In this document: one piece after another, positions 51,717-64,000 of the stretch
Position numbering within the stretch: position 1 is the stretch's first letter
How the letters are laid out: each line of letters opens with the position of its first letter
NCBI GenBank assembly: GCA_963703985.1
Contig: CAVPGH010000001.1
Location: forward strand, 474,677 to 538,676
Source: an uncultured Acidobacteriota bacterium
Lineage (GTDB): Bacteria > Acidobacteriota > Vicinamibacteria > Fen-336
Length of the DNA stretch: 64,000 bases
Reading direction: 5' to 3'
Program-made: the position numbers and the translations under genes
Notes under the pieces: model-generated
What the model saw: the letters and a program-made list of their open reading frames with translations, nothing else
The model's database searches: none
What the model was told of the DNA's origin: nothing

Positions 51717-53105
51717 ATGGCCGACGCGCGTCACGATCGTGGGGGGAGGCCTCGCCGGGTGCGAGGCCGCCTGGCAGCTCGCCCGCCGCGGCGTCGGCGT
51801 CGACCTCTACGAGATGCGACCGGCGCGGCCGACGCCCGTCCACCAGACGGGCGACCTCGCCGAGCTCGTCTGCTCCAACAGCCTGCGCGGCAACGCCCTC
51901 GACCAGGCCGCGGGCCTCCTCAAGGAGGAGATGCGGCGCCTGGACTCGCTCGTCATGCGGGTGGCCGACGAGGTGCGGGTCCCCGCGGGCAGCGCCCTCG
52001 CCGTGGACCGCGGACCTCTTCGCGCGGCGGATCACGGAGGCCGTCGAGGCCCTCCCGGGCGTCACGCTCCACCGGGGGGAGGTGCCGCGGATCCCCGACG
52101 ACCCCGTGAGCGATCGTGGCCACGGGTCCGCTGACCTCGGAGGCGCTGGCCGCGGGACATCGCCGACTTCGTGGGACAGGACACACCTCTACTTCTACGA
52201 CGCGGTGAGCCCGGTGGTGGAGGCGGACACCATCGACTTCGACCGGACCTTCCGGGCCTCGCGCTACGGCAAGGGCGGCGACGACTACGTGAACTGCCCG
52301 CTCGACGAGGCGGAGTACCGCGCGCTTCTACGCGGCGCTCACCGGCGCCGAGTGCGCGACGCTCCACGACTTCGAGCACGAGCTCTTCTTCGAGGGCTGC
52401 CTGCCCGATCGAGGTGATCGCGAGCCGCGGCGAGCGAGACGCTGCGCTTCGGGCCCATGAAGCCGGTCGGGCCTCGTCGATCCCGCGCACGGGCCGGCGG
52501 CCCTTCGCCGTCGTCCAGCTCCGCCAGGACGACCTCGCGGCCAGCCACTTCTCGGTGGTGGGCTTCCAGACCCAGCTCAAGTGGGGCGAGCAGACGCGGG
52601 TCTTCCGCATGATCCCCGGCGCTCGAGCAGGCGGAGTTCGTGCGCTTCGGGATGATCCACCGCAACACCTACGTGAACGCGCCCGCCGCCCTGGAGCCCA
52701 CCTTCGAGACGCGCCGCCGGCCCGGGCTCTTCTTCGCCGGCCAGATGTCGGGGGTCGAGGGGTACGTGGAGTCGGCCGCCTCGGGCCTGCTCGCGGGCAT
52801 CGGCGCGGCGTTCCGGGCCCGGGGCGAGGAGCCGCTCGCCTTTCCCGAGAGACACGGCGCTCGGCGCCCTGGGCCGCTACATCGCCCGCAGCGACCCCGA
52901 GGACTACCAGCCGACCAACATCGCCTTCGGCCTGCTGCCCGAGCTGCCCGCAGCGGATCCGCGACAAGGCCCGGCGGCGCCTGGCCCTCGTCGGAGCGCG
53001 CCCTCGACAGCCTGGAGCGCTTCCGCGGCCTCCGCGGGCCGAGCGGCGCTCCCCGCGGCGCGCCGGCCGCCACGCGCTGGCCGTCTCACGCGGGCCGGTC
53101 CATGA
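51717..53105 (+). CDS. trmFO: Folate-dependent tRNA m5U54 methyltransferase (indels)
   Basis: [59 protein letters not shown]. Confidence 0.95.
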
Positions 53106-53998
53106 AGCAGGCGAGTCGCCGCCTTCCTCCGCCACCTCGACCGGGAGCGCAACGCCTCGCCCCACACGGTCCGGGCCTACGGCGACGATCTCGCAGCAGT
53201 TCGCCGCCTACGCTGCGCGAGGAGCTCGGCCGCGAGCCGCGCGCCGCCGGACGTCGACCACCTGCTCATCCGCGGCTTCCTGGCCGACCTCCACCGGCGC
53301 GGCCTGAAGAAGGCCTCGGCGGCGCGCAAGCTCGCCGCGCTGCGGACCTTCTTCCGCTACCTCTGCCGGGAGGGCGTGCTCGACCGCAACCCCGCCCGAC
53401 GCCTCCTGTCTCCCCGCGCTCGAGCGCCGCATTCCCGCGCATCTGGACGAGGCCGAGGTCGCGGCGCTTCCTCGACGTGCCCGGAGGGACGCGATCGCGG
53501 CCCTGCGGGCCCGCGCGATCCTGGAGCTGCTCTACGCGAACCGGCATCCGCTGCGCCGAGCTCGTGGGCCTCGACCTGGCGGAGGTCGACCTCGACGCGC
53601 GGCATGGTCCGCGTCCTGGGGAAGGGGCGCAAGGAGCGGATCGTGCCCTTCGGGACGCCGGGCCGCGAAGCGCTCCGTCGAGTACCTGCCCGCCCGGGCG
53701 CGAACGCGGCCCGGGCAGCGATGCCCTGTTCGTCAACGCACGAGGTGGTCGATTGACAGATCGAAGCGTTCGGAAGCTGGTCGACGAGCCGCGTCAAGCA
53801 AGCTGGCTCTGGCTCGCAAGATCAGTCCCCACACCCTCCGGCACAGCTTCGCCACCCACCTGCTGGACCGCGGGGCGGATCTCCGGGCCATTCAGGAGCT
53901 TCTGGGCCATGCGCAGCCTGTCGACCACGCAGCGCTACACCCACGTCGACACCCGCCACATTCTCGAGATTTACAGAAAAACGCACCCGCGCGCTTGA
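53102..53998 (+). CDS. xerC: Tyrosine recombinase XerC (indels)
   Basis: [72 protein letters not shown]; sits in the dprA-topA-trmFO-xerC-hslVU neighbourhood. Confidence 0.92.
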   Translation: MKQASRRLPPPPRPGAQRLAPHGPGLRRRSRSSSPPTLREELGREPRAAGRRPPAHPRLPGRPPPARPEEGLGGAQARRAADLLPLPLPGGRARPQPRPTPPVSPRSSAAFPRIWTRPRSRRFLDVPGGTRSRPCGPARSWSCSTRTGIRCAELVGLDLAEVDLDARHGPRPGEGAQGADRALRDAGPRSAPSSTCPPGRERGPGSDALFVNARGGRLTDRSVRKLVDEPRQASWLWLARSVPTPSGTASPPTCWTAGRISGPFRSFWAMRSLSTTQRYTHVDTRHILEIYRKTHPRA

Positions 53999-54068
53999 TA
54001 AACTTCTGTCTTATGACAGTCGACAGACCGAGACGTGGCTGACGGCGTCCCAATCACCATAGGAGCGC

Positions 54069-54669
54069 ATGGGGCCCACCGACGAGGAACTGGTGGCAGC
54101 GTGCCAGGAAGGGGAGGAGTCTGCGCCTTCGACGTCCTGGTCACGCCGATGGGACCGCAAGATCCGAGGGGCGATCTACCGGATCGTGGGCTCGGAGGAC
54201 GAGGCGCGCGACCTCTGCCAGGAGGCCTTCCTGAAGGCCTATCGCGCGCCTGGGCACTTTCAAGCAGGAGGCGCGGTTCTCGTCGTGGCTCTACCAGATC
54301 GCCCTCAACCTCTGCCGGGACCGGATGCGGCGCCGACGGGGGCGGACGATGGTGAGCCTCGACGAGCGTCGACGAGGGAGGGCTCGGGCTCGTCGGAGCC
54401 CCGGCCCGATCGCCGCTCGACCTCGTCGAGGCGCGCGACCTGTCGCGCGCCGCGTGTGCGCCGCGGTGGCCGCGCTGCCCGAGGAGCAGCGCGAGGTCAT
54501 CGTGCTGAAGGAGTACCAGGGCCTGACCTTCCTGGAGATCGCCGAGGTCCTGGACGTGCCGATTTCGACGGTCAAGACGCGGCTCTACCGCGGGCTCGTG
54601 CTGCTCCGGGAGCGGCTGGAGAGGGAGGGGATCAAGGGCGCGGCTCCCGTGCCCGCCACCCTGCCCTGA
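54069..54669 (+). CDS. ECF-family sigma factor (indels)
   Basis: DEELVAACQEG, EDEARDLCQEAFLKAY, FSSWLYQIALNLCRD, REVIVLKEYQGLTFLEIA, TVKTRLYRG. Confidence 0.92.
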
Positions 54670-54688
54670 TGGGTCGAGGAGTGACGTG

Positions 54689-55382
54689 ATGGAGTGTCGA
54701 GTGCTTCGTGACGAGAGGCTGGACGTCCTCTACGGCGAGGCCGGACGCCGCCACGCGGCGGAGAGTGGCGGAGCACCTCGCGGTCTGCGCGACCTGCCGC
54801 GAGGAGATCGCGGCCCTCGGCTCGCTGCGACAGGACCTCCGTTCCTGGACCCTGCCCGCGCTGGACCGACCTGTGGTCCCCTCCTTCCCCCGGCGCTTCC
54901 TGCGCGCGCTCCCCACGGCCGCAGTCCTCCTGCTGGGGTTGGGCGGTGCCTTCGGTCTCGCGGGCTCGGAGATCCGCTACGACGGAGGGAGACTCTCCGT
55001 CCGCCTGGGACGGCCCGGCCTCGACTACCAGAAGGCCCTCGCCGAGCAGGAGGCGCGCGCGCTTGTCCGGGAACAGGAGCTCCAGGAGCAGGTCCAGGCG
55101 CTCAAGGCGGCGGCGTCCGACCGCGGGCCCCGGGACCGCCAGGCCCCCCGGGACCTTCTCGCCCACGTGGAACAGCTGATCCGCGACAGCGAGGCCCGAC
55201 AGGCGCAGCAGATCCAGACCAACCTGGCCCGCCTCGGCCAGCGCACGGAGGCGCAGCGCCGCTACGATCTCGCGCGGGTGGCCGCGTCCCTCGCGTATCT
55301 CGACGGCCGCAACGGCCAGCAGGTGGCCCGCACGACCGAGCTCATGGGCTACGTGCTCGAGGCATCGCACAACAAGAGGTAG
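54689..55382 (+). CDS. Zinc-binding (zf-HC2) membrane anti-sigma factor (indel)
   Basis: EHLAVCATC (HxxxCxxC), one TM segment (AAVLLLGLGGAFGLA), coiled-coil C-terminus; directly follows the ECF gene. Confidence 0.8.
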
Positions 55383-55389
55383 GAATCCG

Positions 55390-56340
55390 ATGAGGCCCAG
55401 GTGTCGTTCTCTCGTGGTGGTGACCCTCCTGCTCCCGGCCGCGCTCGGCGCGGGAGAGACCGCGGTCGTCCCGCGGGACCAGATCGAGCAGCTCGAGGCC
55501 CAGCTCGACCAGGCGGTAGGCCAGGTGAGCCGGCCCAGCGCCGGGATCGTGGTCGGCCGCGCGGAAGGCGCACGCGGCTATCATCTGCCCGGGTATGGAG
55601 CGGTCTTCGTCCTGGCTCCTCGGACTCTCCCGCGCCCCCGTGGGCTGATGGTGCTCGGCGCCGATCCCATGGCCGGCGCCGTCTTCGAGGTCGAAGCACC
55701 GAGCGAAGGCGAGGAGCCGAGGACGGACGGGGCGCCGGCGCCGGCTCCCGACCGCGACCGCCGCATCCGCATTCGCACCGGTGGCCAGGTCCCCCTCGAT
55801 CCCGACCAGGCGCGGGAGCTGGCGAAAATGGAAGCCCAGGTCGCGGCCTTCCAACGGGAGGCCGAGGAAGCCCGACAGACCGCGGAGCAAGAGTTCGAGC
55901 GTCTCATGCAGGATGCGCAGGTCTTCCTTGCCCCACCCCCCCCGGGGCCCACCGTCTCGGCGGATGCGCCGCAAGCGCCGCGGCCGGCCCGGCAGCCCGC
56001 GTCCCCGCGCCCGCCGGTGGCACCCCTTCCGCCGCCCTGGCGCTTCTGGTTCGAGTCGCGTGAGACCCGGGACTCCCGCGCCCCCGAGGAGGTGGTGGCC
56101 GCCGTGCGGTCGGCGGTGGTCGCGACTCTCGAAGCCCACGGCGCCCTGGTGAGTGGCCTCGGCCCCGACGAGCACCTGGCGGTCGCGGTGGATTTCGTGA
56201 TTGGCGGCCCCTTCGTCTCCCAGACCCGGCCCGCCAAGACCCTGCTCGTGCGGGCCCGGCGCAAGGACCTGGACGAGCGAGCGCGTGGCAAGATGTCCCC
56301 GGAAGAGCTTCGGAAGCGGATCGAGATCGTCGAGTACTAG
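55390..56340 (+). CDS. Secreted hypothetical protein in the ECF/anti-sigma operon
   Basis: Signal peptide, coiled-coil segment and Pro-rich linker; clean 316-aa ORF. Confidence 0.7.
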   Translation: MRPRCRSLVVVTLLLPAALGAGETAVVPRDQIEQLEAQLDQAVGQVSRPSAGIVVGRAEGARGYHLPGYGAVFVLAPRTLPRPRGLMVLGADPMAGAVFEVEAPSEGEEPRTDGAPAPAPDRDRRIRIRTGGQVPLDPDQARELAKMEAQVAAFQREAEEARQTAEQEFERLMQDAQVFLAPPPPGPTVSADAPQAPRPARQPASPRPPVAPLPPPWRFWFESRETRDSRAPEEVVAAVRSAVVATLEAHGALVSGLGPDEHLAVAVDFVIGGPFVSQTRPAKTLLVRARRKDLDERARGKMSPEELRKRIEIVEY

Positions 56341-56361
56341 AGAGGATCCCGGAGCGCCGTC

Positions 56362-56727
56362 TCAGCCGCGCCGCAGGACGACGAGGGTCAGGAGCGCGAG
56401 CACGCCGTCGGTGGCCGCGAAGAGCAGGAAGCTCCGGGGCGAGCCCTCGGTGAAATGGTCCACGAGGAAAACGAGGACGCCCAGGCCCTTCGCCAGCACC
56501 CCCGCCACCCAGAGGTAGCCGCGCCGCGGCTCGGGATCGCCTCGCCGCCCAGAAGTAGCCGACGGCCAGGGTCAGCGTGAACACGCCGTTGAGCTGCGCG
56601 TTGACCACGGGCACCGGCGCGAGGCGCCCCGAACAGCCGGGCCAGGCGAGGGGGCGGCGAAGAGCATGGGCAGGGCGAGGAGCAGGTCGTAGATCCCGGA
56701 CACGATCGCGAGCGTCTTCAGCTTCAT
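56362..56727 (-). CDS. Small integral membrane protein, about four TM segments (indels)
   Basis: [23 protein letters not shown]...[20 protein letters not shown]...[19 protein letters not shown]...[15 protein letters not shown]. Confidence 0.65.
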
Positions 56728-56750
56728 GGCTTTCCGGCTGCGCCCTTCCG

Positions 56751-56780
56751 TTGACCGGCGCGCGCGGGCGCTCCTATACT
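56751..56780 (+). promoter_or_regulatory. sigma70 promoter of hslVU
   Basis: TTGACC-18 nt-TATACT. Confidence 0.6.
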
Positions 56781-56808
56781 ACCCGTCCCGGCGCCTTCCG
56801 CCTCTCCC

Positions 56809-57346
56809 ATGAGTCAAGACCTGCACGGGACCACGATCCTCGCCGTCCGCCACCAGGGCGCACCGCCATCGCCGGCGACGGCCAGGTCACCCTCGGCCAG
56901 ACGGTCGTGAAGCAGCGGGCCAAGCAAGATCCGCGCCTGCACAACGGGCAGGTCCTGGCCGGCTTCGCCGGCTCCACCGCCGACGCGCTCGCCCTCTCCA
57001 CCAAGTTCGAGGCCAAGCTCGAGGAGTACCGCGGCAACCTGCGAGCGGGCCGCCGTGGAGCTGTCCAAGGACTGGCGCACCGACCGCGTGCTGCGCCGGC
57101 TGGAGGCCTTCCTGGTCGTCGCCGACCGCGAGGCGTCCTTCCTGCTCTCCGGCTCCGGCGACGTGATCGCGCCCGACGACGGGCTGGTGGCGGTGGGCAG
57201 CGGCGGCCCCTACGCCCTGGCCGCCGCCCGCGCCCTCGTCCGCCACACCGCGCTCGACGCCGCGGGCGGTCGCGCGCGAGGCGATGAAGATCGCCGCCGA
57301 GATCTGCATCTACACCAACGACGCGATCGTGGTGGAGACCCTCTAG
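56809..57346 (+). CDS. hslV: ATP-dependent protease subunit HslV (indels)
   Basis: HGTTILAV (N-terminal Thr nucleophile), [43 protein letters not shown]. Confidence 0.97.
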
Positions 57347-58736
57347 CTGGCCGATCCACCTCCCGGCCGCGAGCGAGGAGCTCCGGACCCTCGACCGGCC
57401 TCTCGCCGCGCGAGATCGTGGCCGAGCTGGACCGCCACGTGGTCGGACAGGCCGCGGCCAAGCGCGCGGTGGCCATCGCGCTGCGGAACCGCATCCGGCG
57501 CCAGCGCCTCCCCCCGAGGAGGCGGCCGAGATCACGCCCCAAGAACATCCTGATGATCGGCCCCACCGGCGTGGGCAAGACCGAGATCGCGCGCCGCCTC
57601 GCCCGTCTCTCGGGCAGTCCCTTCCTCAAGGTCGAGGCCTCGCAAGTTCACCGAGGTGGGCTACGTCGGGCCGCGACGTGGAGTCGATGGTGCGCGACCT
57701 CGCCGAGGCGGCGGTCGACATGGTGCGCCGCGAGAAGCAGGCGGAGGTGCAGGACGAGGCGGAGCGCGACGTGGAGGAGCGCCTGCTGGACCTGCTGCTG
57801 CCGCCTCCGCGCCCGCTCCCCCTGCGGAGAACGCGGAGCCGGCGGAGGGCGCCCCCGACAGCTTCCGCGCCACCCGGGAGAAGCTCCGGGAGCAGCTGCG
57901 TGCGGGCCAGCTCGAGGCGCGCACCGTGGAGGTGGAGGTCCCCGAGACGCAGCTTCCCCACGTTCCAGATCCTCTCCACCCAGGGCGTGGAGGAGATGGA
58001 CGTCAACATCAAGGACCTGCTGCCCGGCCTCTTCGGCGGGCGAAAGCACCGCCGCACGCTGCCCGTCTCCGAGGCCCGCGAGGTCCTGCTCCAGGAGGAG
58101 GAAGTCCGTCTCGTGGACCACGAGCAGGTGGCGCGCCTGGCCGTCGAGCGCGCCCAGTCCGCGGGCATCGTCTTCATCGACGAGATCGACAAGATCGCGG
58201 GCCGCGAGGGCGGCCACGGTCCCGAGGTGTCGCGGGAGGGCGTGCAGCGCGACCTCCTGCCCATCGTGGAGGGCACCACCGTCTCCACCAAGTACGGCCC
58301 CGTCCGCACCGACCACGTCCTCTTCATCGCGGCCGGGGCCTTCCACGTGAGCAAGCCCTCCGACCTCATCCCCGAGCTGCAGGGACGCTTCCCCATCCGC
58401 GTCGAGCTCTACTCCCTCGCCGAAGGACCTCGTGCGCATCCTCACCGAGCCCAAGAGCGCGCTCGTCTCCCAGTACCGCGCGCTCCTGGGCACGGAGGGC
58501 GTCGACCTGCGCTTCACGGACGAAGCCGATCCGCGAGATGGCACGCTTCGCCATGGAGGTGAACGAGGCCACCGAGAACATCGGCGCGCGCCGCCTGGCC
58601 ACCGTGCTCGAGACCGTGCTGGACGAGGTCTCCTTCGACGGGAGGGCCGGGTGCGGTGACCATCGACGTCCCCGAGGTGCGCCGCAAGCTGGAGCCCCTC
58701 GTGAAGAACCAGGACCTCTCGCGCTTCATCCTCTGA
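57347..58736 (+). CDS. hslU: ATP-dependent protease ATPase subunit HslU (indels; start approximate)
   Basis: [71 protein letters not shown]. Confidence 0.97.
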
Positions 58737-59816
58737 ATGCGACGAGCCTCCGCGGCCGCGGCCCTCCTCCTCCTGCTGCCCGCCTGCGGCAAGCGCGGCG
58801 ACCCCCTTCCGCCCCTGCGCCGGACGCCGCCCCCCGTCACCGGCTTCCGCCTCGCCCAGCGGGGCGACCGCCTGGAAATCCGCTACACGGCGCCCCGCGC
58901 GTCGGTGGAAGGGGTGCGCCTCTCCGAGCTCGCGGTCGAGACCCTGCGCCTGGACGGGCAGGGCGACATCGAGAAGCAGGGGCACCGCGCGAAACGGCGC
59001 GTGAGCGCGGGCGAGGAAGTCGTGGAGACGGACGCGCTCCCCTCCGCGGCAACGGTCGTGCGGATGACGGCGCGGGTGCTGGCCGGCCGCGAGGTCTCCC
59101 CGCGGGCCGGCCCGCTCCTCCTCGTGGTACAGCCCCCGGTGGAAGCGCCGAGCGCCCTCTCGGCGGAGATCGTCCCCGAGGGGGTGTCCCTGGCCTGGAA
59201 AGGGCTGCGCCCGTCTCCGATCACGGCTCCCTCGCCATCCCCTTCGCCGTCCGCTTCCCCTTCGTCCATGCTCGGGCCGCGGCCGCCGGGCGCGCTTCCT
59301 TCGCCCTCTCCAACCCCGGTGCCGTTCCCGGGCGGCTTCTGGGTCTACCGTCGCGCGGCGAGCGGCGTCGCCGGCCCGCCCCTCACCGCGCAGCCTACGG
59401 CAGACAAGAAGCTCACGGACACGACCGCCACCCTGGGCACGCGCTGGTGCTACGCGGTGCGCGCGGTGGCCGCGCTCGAGCCCCTGACGGAGAGCGCCCC
59501 CTCGGAAGAGGCGTGCGTGGACTTGAAGGACGTCTTCGCCCCCGCGCCCCCCGCCGGGCTCTCCGCCCTCGTGCGCGCGGAGGGGATCGAGCTCACCTGG
59601 ACCCCTTCCCCGGAGGGAGATCTCGCCGGCTACCGGCTCTGGCGCGCCACGGGAATGGGGACGCCGGAGCGTCTCGTCGAGCTGCGCGGGGGCGAGCGGC
59701 AGTTCGTGGATACGACCGCCCTCCGGGGGACGCTCTACCGCTATACGGTCACCGCCTTCGACCAGGCCGGCAACGAGAGCGCGCATTCCGCCCCGGCGGA
59801 GGGGGCGCGCCCGTGA
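58737..59816 (+). CDS. Lipoprotein with fibronectin type III domains
   Basis: Lipobox LPAC followed by GKRGDPLPP; two FN3-like modules (GVSLAW...YRR...[18 protein letters not shown]; IELTW...YRLWR...[24 protein letters not shown]) with a Pro/Ser linker. Confidence 0.85.
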   Translation: MRRASAAAALLLLLPACGKRGDPLPPLRRTPPPVTGFRLAQRGDRLEIRYTAPRASVEGVRLSELAVETLRLDGQGDIEKQGHRAKRRVSAGEEVVETDALPSAATVVRMTARVLAGREVSPRAGPLLLVVQPPVEAPSALSAEIVPEGVSLAWKGLRPSPITAPSPSPSPSASPSSMLGPRPPGALPSPSPTPVPFPGGFWVYRRAASGVAGPPLTAQPTADKKLTDTTATLGTRWCYAVRAVAALEPLTESAPSEEACVDLKDVFAPAPPAGLSALVRAEGIELTWTPSPEGDLAGYRLWRATGMGTPERLVELRGGERQFVDTTALRGTLYRYTVTAFDQAGNESAHSAPAEGARP

Positions 59817-59967
59817 AGCATTACCGCGTCCAGAGCGGGAGCGACATCCCGGGGATATGATCTCTACGGGGACGCCGGCGGGCGTGGGGCCCCTGGCTGC
59901 CAGCGACGAGGTCGAGGTCGAAGTGGAAGGGGTGGGCGTGCTGCGAAATCCGGTGGTGGAGAGGTGA
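59813..59967 (+). pseudogene. Internally deleted fumarylacetoacetate-hydrolase-family gene remnant
   Basis: GTG start [12 protein letters not shown] joined out of frame to [16 protein letters not shown]...[19 protein letters not shown], the conserved FAH C-terminus; the catalytic middle is missing. Confidence 0.7.
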
Positions 59968-59971
59968 GGCC

Positions 59972-60640
59972 ATGAAGATCTTTCTGGACACGGCGAGCCT
60001 CAAGGAGATCCGTGAAGCGGCGTCCCTGGGGGTGCTGGACGGCGTGACCACGAACCCGAGCCTGCTCGCCAAGGAGAGCGGCGAGCCCGAGGAGATCCTG
60101 CTCGAGATCTGCAAGACCGTGGACGGCCCCATCTCCGCCGAGGTGGTGGCCACGGACGCGGAAGGGATGGTCCGCGAAGGGCATCATTGGGCCGCCCTCC
60201 ACAAGAACATCGTGGTCAAGTGCCCCTGCACGGCGGAGGGGCTCAAGGCCACGAAGAAGCTCTCGACCGAGGGCCACCGCGTCAACATGACGCTCGTCTT
60301 CACTCCGACCCAGGCCCTCCTCGCCGCCAAGGCGGGAGCCAGCTTCGTCTCTCCCTTCGTGGGCCGGCTCGACGACATCTCCACCCCGGGCATGGAGCTC
60401 GTGGCCGACATCGTCCAGATCTTCCGGAACTACTCCTACCGCTGCGAGGTACTCGCCGCCTCCCTCCGCCATCCGCTGCACGTGGTCGCGGCCGCGAAGA
60501 TGGGGGCGCACATCGGCACCATGCCCATGAGCGTGTTCCAGAGCCTCCTCAAGCACCCCCTGACCGACATCGGCTTGAAGCGCTTCCTCGACGACTGGGA
60601 GAAGGCGAAGAAGGAGCTGGGGGCGAAGGCCCCCCGTTAG
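59972..60640 (+). CDS. tal: Transaldolase (short Tal/Fsa type)
   Basis: [14 protein letters not shown], Schiff-base Lys in [21 protein letters not shown] (Phe typical of transaldolase rather than FSA). Confidence 0.93.
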   Translation: MKIFLDTASLKEIREAASLGVLDGVTTNPSLLAKESGEPEEILLEICKTVDGPISAEVVATDAEGMVREGHHWAALHKNIVVKCPCTAEGLKATKKLSTEGHRVNMTLVFTPTQALLAAKAGASFVSPFVGRLDDISTPGMELVADIVQIFRNYSYRCEVLAASLRHPLHVVAAAKMGAHIGTMPMSVFQSLLKHPLTDIGLKRFLDDWEKAKKELGAKAPR

Positions 60641-60645
60641 GCGCC

Positions 60646-60862
60646 ATGCCCCTCTACGAGTACGTCTGCGCGGATTGCGAGGAGAAGTTCGAGAAGCTAC
60701 GTGCGGGCGTGGGGCGAGGCCGTGGATCTGCCCGGCTTGCCGGAGCGAGGCCGTGGAGAAGCAGCTCTCCTCCTTCGCCTTCGCCGCCGCCGGCGGCGGC
60801 CGCCCCGCCGTAGGCGGCGAGGCTGCGGCTGCGGGCGCGGTGGGTGCGGCTGCGGCCACTGA
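60646..60862 (+). CDS. FmdB-family zinc-ribbon protein with Cys/Gly tail (indels)
   Basis: MPLYEYVCADC...ICPACRS...VEKQLSSF...GCGCGRGGCGCGH*. Confidence 0.82.
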
Positions 60863-60864
60863 CG

Positions 60865-62416
<1,552 letters not shown>

Positions 62417-62423
62417 CAGGGCC

Positions 62424-63955
62424 ATGAGCCGCGCCTTCCGGAAGATCCTGGTCGCCAATCGCGGGGAGATCGCGGTCCGCATCATCCGCGCCTGCCGCGA
62501 GATGGGCATCGCAGACGGTCGCGGTCTACTCCGAGGCGGACCGGCCGGCCCTGCACGTGCGCCAGGCCGACGAGGCCTACCTCATCGGGCCCCGCGCCCT
62601 CGCGGGAGCGCTACCTGCGCATCGACCGCGATCCTGGAGGCGGCGCAGCGCAGCGGGCGCCGAGGCCATCCATCCCGGCTACGGCTTCCTGGCCGAGAAC
62701 GCGGCGTTCGCGCCGGGCCTGCGAGGAGGCCGGTGATCGTCTTCATCGGCCCGCGCAGCGAGACGATCGCGCTCATGGGGGAGAAGACCTCGGCCCGGCG
62801 CGGTCGCGGTGGAGGCGGGCGTGCCGGTGGTGCCGGGCACCGCTCGAGCCCGCTGGCCGACGAGGCCGAGGCCCTGCGGCGCGAGGCGGAGCGATCGGCT
62901 TCCCGGTCATGCTCAAGGCGGCGGCCGGCGGCGGGGGCAAGGGCCTGCGCCTGGTCGCGTCGTCCCGCGGACCTGCGCCTCGGCGGCGGCGCGCGCGAAG
63001 AGCGAGGCGAAGAGCGCCTTCGGCGACGACAGCGTCTACCTCGAGAAGGCCATCGCGAGGCCGCGCCACATCGAGATCCAGGTCCTGGCCGACCACCACG
63101 GCAACGCCGTCCACCTCTTCGAGCGCGAGTGCTCGATCCAGCGCCGCCACCAGAAGATCATCGAGGAGAGCCCTTCGCCCTTCGTGACCCCCGAGCTGCG
63201 CGAGCGCGATGGGGAGCGCTGGCGGTGGGCCTGGTGCAAGCGCGTGGGCTACGTGAACGCGGGGACGCTCGAGTTCCTGGTGGACGCGCACCGGAACCCC
63301 TACTTCCTGGAGATGAACACGCGGCTGCAGGTCGAGCACCCGGTGACGGAGATGGTGACGGGCGAGGACCTCGTGAAGCTCCAGATCCGCATCGCCCAGG
63401 GGGAGAAGCTCCCTTCCGCGCAGGAGGACCTGCAGCAGCGCGGCCACGCCATCGAGTGCCGGGTCTACGCCGAGGACCCGGAGCGCGGCTTCCTGCCCAG
63501 CCCCGGCCGGATCCTCGCCCTCCGGCTCCCCGGCGGCCCCGGCGTGCGCGACGACTCGCGGCGTCTACGAAGGCTATCGAGGTCCCCATCCACTACGACC
63601 CGCTGATCTCCAAGCTCGTGGCCTACGGCTACAGCCGCCGCGACGCGATCCTGCGCATGCGCCGCGCGGTCTCCGAGTACAAGGTGCTCGGCATCAAGAC
63701 CACCCTGCCCTTCTTCGAGCGCGTGCTCCACCATCCCGCGTTCCTGGCCGGCGACTTCGACACCTCTTTCGTGGAGAAGGTCTTCGCGGAGAGCGACCGG
63801 AAGAGGAACGTCCGCTGGAGGTGGCAGTGGCCGCGGCCTCCATCTGCGCCTTCCGCGACCGCCAGGCCGCGCGCCTCGCGCCCTCGAACGGCGAGGCCCC
63901 GCCCTCGCCCTGGCGCGCCGCCGCCCTCCGGGACGCGCTCCGGGACCGACCGTGA
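62424..63955 (+). CDS. accC: Biotin carboxylase subunit (indels)
   Basis: [75 protein letters not shown]. Confidence 0.95.
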
Positions 63956-64000
63956 TCTTCGACGCCACCGTCGACGGGCGCTCCTTGCGGGTTGAGGTGC
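63952..64000 (+). CDS. Start of a probable biotin carboxyl carrier protein (truncated by the window end)
   Basis: GTGA overlap with the accC stop; [16 protein letters not shown]; called from position and context only. Confidence 0.45.
   Translation, partial: MIFDATVDGRSLRVEV

Noticed and set aside
53102-53998. xerC as a prophage or island integrase
   Set aside because: It lies in the housekeeping dprA-topA-trmFO-xerC-hslVU context, with no att repeats, tRNA or cargo genes.
53985-54025. dif site next to xerC (GATAA...TTATG)
   Set aside because: The arm spacing does not fit the 11-6-11 dif layout, the XerD arm matches poorly, and the locus is near oriC, not the terminus.
60820-60862. GCGCG-RGG-CGCGH tail as a RiPP precursor or metallothionein
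   Set aside because: Cys/Gly tails are usual in FmdB-family zinc-ribbon proteins, and no modifying enzymes are nearby.

Overview
A 64-kb, very GC-rich bacterial chromosome segment centred on the replication origin. The gene set and order suggest Acidobacteriota or a related Gram-negative lineage; this is an inference and no database search was run. Almost everything is core genome: mfd, rfaE2, wzt/wzm, atpHAGDC, selD, bactofilin, parAB/parS, rsmG, jag, yidC, yidD, rnpA, rpmH, oriC, dnaA, dnaN, recF, gyrBA, pcrA, glmS, glmU, uvrA, lpxC, two ECF sigma clusters, comF, a DksA-like gene, nadD, rsfS, obgE, rplU/rpmA, dprA, topA, trmFO, xerC, hslVU, transaldolase and acyl-CoA carboxylase subunits. 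I found no tRNA, rRNA, CRISPR array, IS element or prophage. Many essential genes carry single-base indels in patches (about 10.7-28.9 kb, 36-37 kb, 40.5-54.8 kb, 56.6-58.7 kb and 60.7-64 kb), while other stretches are clean. I read these as long-read consensus errors, so coordinates of split genes are approximate. Best leads: (1) a sigma54-promoted operon of TPR protein, CsgG/LpoB-like lipoprotein and a metallopeptidase/beta-propeller/Omp85 barrel protein; (2) a second exact sigma54 promoter on lpxC, with a regulator-less enhancer-binding protein (Walker B DE to DQ) and a DksA-like gene lying between the two promoters; (3) a GlmU whose uridyltransferase half is degenerate; (4) an S1/P1-nuclease-like pseudoenzyme; (5) an ECF-STAS-unknown protein-DUF1573 cluster with no anti-sigma; (6) a UGA-recoded selenocysteine SelD that the ORF track truncates.
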